The notes below the pieces were generated by a model. That model saw only the letters and a program-made list of their open reading frames with translations, ran no database searches and was not told where the DNA came from. Of a stretch of DNA of 20,000 nucleotides, positions 8,557 through 14,272 are shown piece by piece (position 1 is the first letter of the stretch; each line of letters opens with the position of its first letter). The position numbers and the translations under genes were made by a program. Origin of the DNA: an uncultured virus (IMG/VR IMGVR_UViG_3300030099_005341) (taxonomy: Duplodnaviria; Heunggongvirae; Uroviricota; Caudoviricetes); the IMG/VR virus record IMGVR_UViG_3300030099_005341. The stretch is one strand, 5' to 3'.

Positions 8557-8588
8557 TATTATCCATTAGTAATCGTATCTAGTATGTA
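8557..8588 (-). promoter_or_regulatory. Conserved phage early-promoter motif, copy 2
   Basis: Minus strand TACATACTAGATACGATTACTAATGGATAATA. Confidence 0.85.
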
Positions 8589-8762
8589 TTATGGTACTAT
8601 AAATTCAATAGCATCTTCACCTATTCCTTCACCATTTTTAGTTACTTCTTGATTAGGGCAAACACCACAGTTTACTATATGTTCTAGTAATTCGTTTAAA
8701 CTATCAAACTCTTCATTGAAATAAGATGATAGTAATCCCCATTTATTCGTACCACACTCCAT
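8589..8762 (-). CDS. Small hypothetical protein (57 aa)
   Basis: Hand-translated MECGTNKWGLLSSYFNEEFDSLNELLEHIVNCGVCPN...EFIVP*; the stop abuts promoter copy 2. Confidence 0.65.
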   Translation of the reverse strand: MECGTNKWGLLSSYFNEEFDSLNELLEHIVNCGVCPNQEVTKNGEGIGEDAIEFIVP

Positions 8763-8782
8763 ATACTTTAACTCCTTTTACG

Positions 8783-8947
8783 TTACACATTAATTTCTTT
8801 TGCTTTATTTTCTTCTCGGTTAACAGGCTTTTGTCCTGATACTTTGGATTTTTGCTGTTCAGCTTTCTTTTTTTTGTCATACTCTTCTATATTTTTAATT
8901 AATTTTTCGTCTTGTCCTAATGTTTTTTTAAAAAGTTTTCTTATCAT
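8783..8947 (-). CDS. Small hypothetical protein (54 aa)
   Basis: Hand-translated MIRKLFKKTLGQDEKLIKNIEEY...; starts 2 nt after the upstream stop. Confidence 0.5.
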   Translation of the reverse strand: MIRKLFKKTLGQDEKLIKNIEEYDKKKKAEQQKSKVSGQKPVNREENKAKEINV

Positions 8948-8948
8948 A

Positions 8949-9470
8949 TTATATTATTTTATATCTTTCATTATTTACTATCACTGATAAATTTTCAACA
9001 GCAGGTTTAGCGTCAATATTTTCTTGTAATCCAGCACTATAACCTAGTTTTTCTGCGTCTTCATATTTCCATTTAGGTACAAACTCACCATTTGATAGCT
9101 TGTTAGCTTGACCAATGTAATAGTTTTTAAGACAAAAGCTTATTAAGTATTCTAATCTATCTTGCTCGTTAGGTATCAGTACGCAACTACGAGTTGAAAA
9201 CTGAGTATATAAAGTTCTACCCATACTATCTTTTTTACCTGAATCAAAATACTCTGGTTCACCTTCACATCTTTTGTTTATTTGCCAATTCGGACAATAT
9301 CCACCTGCTTTAGTACGTCTTACGTAACCACTAGCAAAACTCGCCACGTGTATTTCACTACCATACTGATCTTTGACTGGTAACTTAAACTCACGTGTAC
9401 CATTTTTCTTTTGTCTTTTAGTTGTAACTTCTTGTATATCAAGTAGTTGTAATGTTTCTTTAATATTCAT
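8949..9470 (-). CDS. Hypothetical phage protein
   Basis: 173-aa ORF (EVTTKRQKKNGT..F...ASFASGYVRR...WQINKR). Confidence 0.8.
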   Translation of the reverse strand: MNIKETLQLLDIQEVTTKRQKKNGTREFKLPVKDQYGSEIHVASFASGYVRRTKAGGYCPNWQINKRCEGEPEYFDSGKKDSMGRTLYTQFSTRSCVLIPNEQDRLEYLISFCLKNYYIGQANKLSNGEFVPKWKYEDAEKLGYSAGLQENIDAKPAVENLSVIVNNERYKII

Positions 9471-9621
9471 TTTTGTATATATTTGTTAATTTACTCATAT
9501 AATTATCTTCTTTCAATAGTATTTCTACTAATCTTATTATAGCTAAGTGCTCACTTGGTGCTTCAATTGTCATTCCACAACCAAAGTCACTTTTATCTTT
9601 ATATTCTATATTGTACTTCAT
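9460..9621 (-). CDS. Small hypothetical protein (53 aa)
   Basis: Hand-translated MKYNIEYKDKSDFGCGMTIEAPSEHLAIIRL...; ATGA overlap with the upstream gene. Confidence 0.6.
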   Translation of the reverse strand: MKYNIEYKDKSDFGCGMTIEAPSEHLAIIRLVEILLKEDNYMSKLTNIYKNEY

Positions 9622-9848
9622 CTTCTATTTTTATAATCTAAATCTTTGTTATGTGTAAGAGTATCTATCATATTTTTACTGTTTGGAAATACACTTTCGT
9701 GTATGTATATGTAGCCTTTCATCTTTATTATATCTTGCTGGTCTATCTCTTCGTACTTATCAGGTAATTGATGTAGTAAATGAGGTATAAACCTTTGCTT
9801 GTTTACTGTTAGCACGCCGTTCATGCTGTTGATTTTAAATTTATTCAT
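9618..9848 (-). CDS. Hypothetical protein
   Basis: 76-aa ORF directly downstream of promoter copy 3. Confidence 0.75.
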   Translation of the reverse strand: MNKFKINSMNGVLTVNKQRFIPHLLHQLPDKYEEIDQQDIIKMKGYIYIHESVFPNSKNMIDTLTHNKDLDYKNRR

Positions 9849-9863
9849 ATTTGTATTTTATAA

Positions 9864-9895
9864 TATTATCCATTTACTGTCTTATTCAGTATGTA
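9864..9895 (-). promoter_or_regulatory. Conserved phage early-promoter motif, copy 3
   Basis: Minus strand TACATACTGAATAAGACAGTAAATGGATAATA. Confidence 0.85.
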
Positions 9896-10177
9896 TTAAT
9901 CTAACCCATCTCTGTGGTTACCTCTACTGTCTGTAAAGCGTATTCCACCTTTTTCTTCTAGCTCTATAAGCGCGTGTATAGCATTTTGAAGCGGATCTGG
10001 TTCTTGTTTGATTTCGTTTTGCCACAACATTTCTGCATCTGATTCTATCTCTGATAGTATATCGGGTGACAAATCGTTGTAGTAACCCAAGTGATGTTCT
10101 TGACCGAAACTATCTTCAACGTATACACTGTAAACAGTATTTCCTTGATATTTACTTATATGTATTTTTCTTGGCAT
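9896..10177 (-). CDS. Hypothetical protein
   Basis: 93-aa ORF; the stop abuts promoter copy 3. Confidence 0.75.
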   Translation of the reverse strand: MPRKIHISKYQGNTVYSVYVEDSFGQEHHLGYYNDLSPDILSEIESDAEMLWQNEIKQEPDPLQNAIHALIELEEKGGIRFTDSRGNHRDGLD

Positions 10178-10200
10178 ATTATTCTTATTTAATTATTATT

Positions 10201-10413
10201 CTATCCTAACATTGTACCATAACCTCTACGTCGAGTTAACCTAGCTATTTGAGCAGCGTCACTGCTTGACATAATCTGTATGGAATTACCGGTCTTATGG
10301 TTAATTAATGGAGCGCAGCCATATTGCTCGGTCGTGGAGCAGTTGACACACACTTTGTAGCCGAGATTAACACGACCTTGAGGTATTGTACTGTTACATT
10401 TATTACATTTCAT
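10201..10413 (-). CDS. C4 zinc-finger protein (DksA/TraR-type finger)
   Basis: CNKC..TIPQGRV.LGYKVCVNC matches the CxxC-x3-IP-x2-R-x6-8-CxxC layout; followed by NHKTGN.IQI. Confidence 0.7.
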   Translation of the reverse strand: MKCNKCNSTIPQGRVNLGYKVCVNCSTTEQYGCAPLINHKTGNSIQIMSSSDAAQIARLTRRRGYGTMLG

Positions 10414-10434
10414 ATTATATATTTTTTACATATA

Positions 10435-10466
10435 TATTATCCAATCACTATCTTATTCAGTATGTA
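10435..10466 (-). promoter_or_regulatory. Conserved phage early-promoter motif, copy 4
   Basis: Minus strand TACATACTGAATAAGATAGTGATTGGATAATA. Confidence 0.85.
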
Positions 10467-10631
10467 TTATGGTGTTATTATTTCAGGATTATCGTGTACC
10501 ATCCACTCACAATTACTTAAATTATGACCAAGTCCACTTAAATATTCTTCATAATCTTGTAAGAATGGTTGTATCGCTTCATATTGAAATACTTTACCCA
10601 CTTCAAAATCTAATACTGTTATATACTTCAT
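10467..10631 (-). CDS. Small hypothetical protein (54 aa)
   Basis: Hand-translated MKYITVLDFEVGKVFQYE...GHNLSNCEWMVHDNPEIITP*; ATGA overlap upstream, and the stop abuts promoter copy 4. Confidence 0.7.
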   Translation of the reverse strand: MKYITVLDFEVGKVFQYEAIQPFLQDYEEYLSGLGHNLSNCEWMVHDNPEIITP

Positions 10632-10765
10632 TTCTTTTTATGTTTTATTTTTCTTGTATATTTCTTCTTGTTCTTGTATATGGAACTCGACGGTGGTGAG
10701 ACACCTAAATCTATGTCCACCTTCCGCCTAACGCTCCTCTTGTGTTTGTTTGTAAGTTTATTCAT
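10628..10765 (-). CDS. Small basic protein with ArfA-like C-terminal motif (45 aa)
   Basis: Hand-translated MNKLTNKHKRSVRRKVDIDLGVSPPSSSIYKNKKKYTRKIKHKKK. Confidence 0.65.
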   Translation of the reverse strand: MNKLTNKHKRSVRRKVDIDLGVSPPSSSIYKNKKKYTRKIKHKKK

Positions 10766-10828
10766 CTTTCATCAGTGCACCATAACACATAGCGGTTATG
10801 AGTAATAATATTAACCATTCACCCATAA

Positions 10829-11194
10829 CTATAATTTTACTATGAATCTTGAAGGACCAACTATTAATTTTAGTGGACCTGGATCGGTGTAGTATACGTG
10901 GTCACTCGCGTTTAGTACGTCTTGCCACACTTCTCCATCAGGATATATTATAGTTACTTTTCTTATTGACCACCATCTGTCGTCAAACAAGTGCAAACAT
11001 TTTACTTCATTTTCTGGTACATCCATAGTGTACTCACCTTTATGTAGTAAAGAGTCTAACAGGTAATCTGTATCGTAACACCATTCTAGTATTTCTTTCT
11101 TAGTTACCATCGTACAAGTTGTATCAAACAACTGTTGACTATAACTATTTAGTGCAAGTGCAAGTGCTGCTACACTTAATGTTATTTTCTTCAT
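10829..11194 (-). CDS. Secreted hypothetical protein
   Basis: Signal peptide MKKITLSVAALALALNSYS followed by Q, typical of Bacteroidota signal peptidase I substrates. Confidence 0.75.
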   Translation of the reverse strand: MKKITLSVAALALALNSYSQQLFDTTCTMVTKKEILEWCYDTDYLLDSLLHKGEYTMDVPENEVKCLHLFDDRWWSIRKVTIIYPDGEVWQDVLNASDHVYYTDPGPLKLIVGPSRFIVKL

Positions 11195-11206
11195 AATTTA
11201 TTATTT

Positions 11207-11548
11207 TTAATCTATTTCATCACAATTCTGACAATCAATTTGTCTTTGTACTTCAGTTTTACTGTATACTTGTTGTCTATAATTAGGACACTCAAAGTCT
11301 CTACACAAGTTCATTTGTATATCTTCTAATTTACTTAGTATATCGAGTAAATTGTGTACATATATTTCCGCCATTTCTACAGGAAAACCATTAAATTTAT
11401 CTTCTACAATACCTACTCTCATTGACTCAATCATATCTTCAGTAGATATTGATATTTCTTTTACTAATTCTTCATTTGTTGGTGGATTTGTACAAAACCC
11501 ACTTATCGCAAGAGATAGTGCTGCTACACTTAGTGTTAATTTTTTCAT
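11207..11548 (-). CDS. Secreted hypothetical protein
   Basis: Signal peptide MKKLTLSVAALSLAISGFC; C-terminal CQNCDEID. Confidence 0.75.
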   Translation of the reverse strand: MKKLTLSVAALSLAISGFCTNPPTNEELVKEISISTEDMIESMRVGIVEDKFNGFPVEMAEIYVHNLLDILSKLEDIQMNLCRDFECPNYRQQVYSKTEVQRQIDCQNCDEID

Positions 11549-11559
11549 AGTTATATATT

Positions 11560-11670
11560 TTATCTACATCCATAATTATAGTTACCGTACGCTGGACACG
11601 GTGAATATCTACTCGACCCACAAGATGATAGTAATACTATCACTGCAATAATTGCTAATAATTTTTTCAT
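11560..11670 (-). CDS. Small lipoprotein (36 aa)
   Basis: Hand-translated MKKLLAIIAVIVLLSSC-GSSRYSPCPAYGNYNYGCR; lipobox LSSC. Confidence 0.75.
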   Translation of the reverse strand: MKKLLAIIAVIVLLSSCGSSRYSPCPAYGNYNYGCR

Positions 11671-11708
11671 TGTTAATTTGATTTAGTTATACATTTATTT
11701 TATAAGTT

Positions 11709-11791
11709 ATATGAGTAGTACGTTTACTACTGGGATACTTTGTCTTATTAAAACTTGAGTTGATTATCAAGTGTCCAGAGACTACTCATAT
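11709..11791. other. Stem-loop closed by an 11-bp perfect inverted repeat
   Basis: ATATGAGTAGT (11709-11719) / ACTACTCATAT (11781-11791), with inner near-complementary arms CTGGGATACTT / AAGTGTCCAG. Confidence 0.65.
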
Positions 11792-11849
11792 TAGTTGTAG
11801 TGGTGAGAATCGAACTCACATATCACAGTGATATTACCATTGACTACAT
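11792..11849 (-). ncRNA. Minimal tRNA-like element (acceptor stem + T-arm, no canonical D stem or anticodon arm)
   Basis: Minus strand TGTAGT-CAATGGTA-ATATCA.CTG.TGATAT-GTGAG.TTCGATT.CTCAC-C-ACTACA-ACTA. Confidence 0.65.
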
Positions 11850-11888
11850 TGACATTCGTATTATTTATACTCGCTAAATGTTTCTCAA

Positions 11889-12029
11889 CTACGAGTGTGC
11901 TTTGATCGCTGACATTATAGTGAAGACAAATACTGCTACGAATCCACTAATATACACTGCTGTCAGAACTATAGGGAAGTAGTGATTGAACACCACTTTA
12001 GCCTTTCTTTTTAATAAGCGCAACTTCAT
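11889..12029 (-). CDS. Small membrane protein (46 aa)
   Basis: Hand-translated MKLRLLKRKAKVVFNHYFPIVLTAVYISGFVAVFVFTIMSAIKAHS; TAATG coupling to the upstream gene; one TM segment. Confidence 0.6.
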   Translation of the reverse strand: MKLRLLKRKAKVVFNHYFPIVLTAVYISGFVAVFVFTIMSAIKAHS

Positions 12030-12265
12030 TATAGTAACTCTTTACCTCTTAGTACTACTGGAATATTGTTAGTTGCAGTGTACGACTTGTATTTAGCGAA
12101 ACATGCTAACTTTTCTAGTGTATCTTTCATGATAGAATATACTTTGTCATGATTGTACTTTACTGTATCACCTTTTTTGTTAGTGAATTCGATTACTTGA
12201 TTCTTGCCTATCAATGACTTACGCACTACGAATCTTTTACTTTTTAAAACATTTTCTTTTGACAT
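12029..12265 (-). CDS. Hypothetical early protein, paralog of 12623-12841
   Basis: KRFVVRKSLIGKN.VI.F.NKKGDTVKYNHDKVY...CF.KYKSYT.TNNIP. Confidence 0.85.
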   Translation of the reverse strand: MSKENVLKSKRFVVRKSLIGKNQVIEFTNKKGDTVKYNHDKVYSIMKDTLEKLACFAKYKSYTATNNIPVVLRGKELL

Positions 12266-12309
12266 AATTTTATTTTTTAGTTATTAATTTATTTTATTAG
12301 TTACATTTA

Positions 12310-12341
12310 TATTATCCATTACTTATCGTATTTATTATGTA
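12310..12341 (-). promoter_or_regulatory. Conserved phage early-promoter motif, copy 5
   Basis: Minus strand TACATAATAAATACGATAAGTAATGGATAATA. Confidence 0.85.
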
Positions 12342-12402
12342 TACTAAAGTAGGTAATTTGTTTAGTTGTTATTTGAGTTACCACTACTACTCCACACTCT
12401 CT

Positions 12403-12519
12403 CTAAGCGTATGATAAATAAGTAAATAGTTTCTCATAACATTTAGTTTTACTTCTACTTACCATTATTAGTTGTCCGTAGTGAATTAGTTTATAGTATT
12501 TACCATTATATCTTATCAT
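12403..12519 (-). CDS. Small hypothetical protein (38 aa)
   Basis: Hand-translated MIRYNGKYYKLIHYGQLIMVSRSKTKCYEKLFTYLSYA; directly downstream of promoter copy 6. Confidence 0.55.
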   Translation of the reverse strand: MIRYNGKYYKLIHYGQLIMVSRSKTKCYEKLFTYLSYA

Positions 12520-12543
12520 ATCTTTATATTTTATTTACATTAT

Positions 12544-12575
12544 TATTATCCATTAGTAGTCGTATTTAGTCTGTA
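12544..12575 (-). promoter_or_regulatory. Conserved phage early-promoter motif, copy 6
   Basis: Minus strand TACAGACTAAATACGACTACTAATGGATAATA. Confidence 0.85.
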
Positions 12576-12620
12576 TGACATTAGCCAATTAAGTAGATAC
12601 AGTAACTGGCTAGTGTCACA
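12574..12620. promoter_or_regulatory. Inverted-repeat operator-like site TATGACA-N33-TGTCACA
   Basis: 16-bp arms TGACATTAGCCAATTA / TAACTGGCTAGTGTCA (2 mismatches, 11-nt spacer), abutting promoter copy 6; related to 4660-4705. Confidence 0.65.
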
Positions 12621-12622
12621 CT

Positions 12623-12841
12623 TTACCTGCAGAAAGTTGGTATGTTATTCGATGAAGTGTAAGACTTATATTTCTTGAAACAGTTCATGTTATCGAATCT
12701 TTCTTTATTCTTGTTATATACATCGTCATGATTGTAGGTAATTGTATCACCTTTCTTATTAACGAATGTTATTACTGTGTTAGTACCGATTAAGGATTTT
12801 CTGATTACAAATCTTTTTGTAGTTAATTCATTTACTTTCAT
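12623..12841 (-). CDS. Hypothetical early protein, paralog of 12029-12265
   Basis: KRFVIRKSLIGTN.VI.F.NKKGDTITYNHDDVY...CF.KYKSYT.SNNIP. Confidence 0.85.
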   Translation of the reverse strand: MKVNELTTKRFVIRKSLIGTNTVITFVNKKGDTITYNHDDVYNKNKERFDNMNCFKKYKSYTSSNNIPTFCR

Positions 12842-12880
12842 ATTGTTTATTTTATTTATTATACATTCAACTTACATTAA

Positions 12881-12912
12881 TATTATCCATAATGTATCTT
12901 GTTTAGTATGTA
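12881..12912 (-). promoter_or_regulatory. Conserved phage early-promoter motif, copy 7
   Basis: Minus strand TACATACTAAACAAGATACATTATGGATAATA. Confidence 0.85.
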
Positions 12913-12959
12913 TAAATATAATAGTAAATGTAGTAGTGTGTAGTAACTAGATAGCTAGA

Positions 12960-13180
12960 ATAAAGTCTGAAATATCTACAGGGTCTGGTGATTCGGACGA
13001 GGAGGGACGACCGGAAGAGAAAACGCTGTAACGTAGGACGAAACGAAAAACGAAACGGCCGGGCGCGTAAAAAGTTTTGAGTTTTCTTTTTAGTAGTGGG
13101 GCTGAGAGGAGGGGGGCAACACTTTGTCTCGATATTTATAATGTCCTAAATGTACCGGTACCTATATATAAGGGTACCTG
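12960..13180. other. GC-rich non-coding strand-switch region; candidate genome terminus/packaging site
   Basis: No ORF; lies between the divergent arms; purine-skewed, with repeated GGACGA/ACGAAA, G-runs (GGGGCTGAGAGGAGGGGGGC) and GGTACC-TATATATAAG-GGTACC. Confidence 0.5.
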
Positions 13181-13182
13181 TT

Positions 13183-13212
13183 TTTAAATATTGATTTATT
13201 TGTGTGATTATA
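13183..13212 (+). promoter_or_regulatory. Candidate middle/late promoter (TTTAAA-N14-TGTGATTATA)
   Basis: Ends 44 nt before the first rightward gene; resembles 2822-2852. Confidence 0.45.
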
Positions 13213-13256
13213 GAGAAATATAAAGTAATATTACAAAAATAAAAAAAATACAAGTC

Positions 13257-14051
13257 ATGTCATACAAGCCGTTCAAAATGAAAGGTCATACGTTAAAAGG
13301 ACCTAAACAAAGAAAAGCTGCTCCACTACCAGGATTAAACATGGGTATGGACGCTAAAGCAACAAATGTTGCAGAAAAAGGATTAGCATCTTCTTCACCG
13401 ATGCAAATGATGGAGGAAAGCCCAATGAAGATGGGTCACAAAAAATCTCCTGCTAAAGATATTAAGTCTACATACAACAAAGCGAAAAAATACGTTAAGA
13501 AAACAGCTGATAAAGTTAAAAAGTCTAGTTTTGTTAGAGGAGCAAAAGAAGTTGGTGAAGGGTTTAAAACTATAGGTAGAACAATAGCAAACCCTGTTGA
13601 TTCATTTAAAGCAGATCTTAAGCACTACAGAAAAATGAAAGCAAGTGCAAAGAAGAAAAAATCTCCTGCTAAATTAGGTGCTATGGCTGGAGCTGCTGGA
13701 GCTGCTATGAAAAAAGGAGCTAAATCTGCTGCTAAAATGGGTATGAAGAAGTCTCCTGCTAAAATGATGAAAAAAGACGCTCCTGCTAAAATGATGAAGA
13801 AGTCTCCTGCTAAAAAGCCTTTAGTTGGTAAACAAAAAAACCTACCTGAAGGATTAAAGTCTAAGATATTAGCTTCTCCTGCTAAAATGGGTGAAAAAAG
13901 TGTAAAAACGTCACCTGGTGCAGACAGAAAAGCTATAAACAAAAAAATACTAGAAAAAAGTATTAATAAAATTAGAGTGAATAGAAAAATAAGGAAAGCG
14001 AAAATGCAAAGAAAAACTAGAAGAGGGAAAATGCAAGGTCTTACTCTATAA
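13257..14051 (+). CDS. Lys-rich KMKG/SPAK-repeat protein 1
   Basis: Starts MSYKPFKMKGHTLKGP; five exact SPAK plus the variants SPMQ, SPMK, APAK and SAAK. Confidence 0.85.
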   Translation: MSYKPFKMKGHTLKGPKQRKAAPLPGLNMGMDAKATNVAEKGLASSSPMQMMEESPMKMGHKKSPAKDIKSTYNKAKKYVKKTADKVKKSSFVRGAKEVGEGFKTIGRTIANPVDSFKADLKHYRKMKASAKKKKSPAKLGAMAGAAGAAMKKGAKSAAKMGMKKSPAKMMKKDAPAKMMKKSPAKKPLVGKQKNLPEGLKSKILASPAKMGEKSVKTSPGADRKAINKKILEKSINKIRVNRKIRKAKMQRKTRRGKMQGLTL

Positions 14052-14272
14052 TGTCACAAAAATTATCTCCCGAAGCCGCAAAAGCAAAAGCTGAACGGGA
14101 CTTGAGATATGCTAAATCACCGGTGAGAAGGAGAAAGAAGGCATTTAACCAACGTTGGCATCGTGCAAATCCTCAACATGATGGCAAAGATTACGATCAC
14201 AAAGACAAAAGACCAGAAACACCTCATCAAAACAGAGGAAATGATGGGTTAGGAACTAAAAAAGAAGGATAA
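14051..14272 (+). CDS. Small HNH-like protein
   Basis: RRRKKA.NQR...DGKDYDHKD......NRG resembles a compact HNH (DxDH...N.R) motif; TAATG-coupled on both sides. Confidence 0.6.
   Translation: MSQKLSPEAAKAKAERDLRYAKSPVRRRKKAFNQRWHRANPQHDGKDYDHKDKRPETPHQNRGNDGLGTKKEG

Noticed and set aside
16..11651. Plus-strand track ORFs in the left arm (16-201, 1469-1666, 1800-2000, 2271-2453, 2423-2644, 3680-3895, 3970-4413, 5822-6016, 6529-6747, 6650-6913, 6870-7097, 8054-8257, 10324-10527, 10469-10699, 11352-11651) and nested minus ORFs 801-1007 and 5764-5985
   Set aside because: They overlap well-supported minus-strand genes, on the opposite strand or in another frame, and show no recognisable motifs.
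11792..11849. Canonical tRNA gene
   Set aside because: Too short; no D stem, no 7-nt anticodon loop and no CCA. Reported as tRNA-like instead.
11850..12010. Additional RNA structure (CTGACA/TGTCAG, TAGTG/CACTA, ATTCGTA/TACGAAT pairings)
   Set aside because: Most of it is covered by a translationally coupled 46-aa membrane ORF (11889-12029) and the stems are short. It cannot be separated from chance without covariation data.
6601..12912. 32-bp repeats as a CRISPR array or attC-like cassette sites
   Set aside because: Copies are hundreds to thousands of bases apart, degenerate in the middle, non-palindromic and always just upstream of starts. No cas gene or integrase is present in the window.
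14051..14058. ATGTCACA half-site at the HNH-like gene start as a third operator
   Set aside because: No upstream TGACA partner at the expected ~33-nt spacing.
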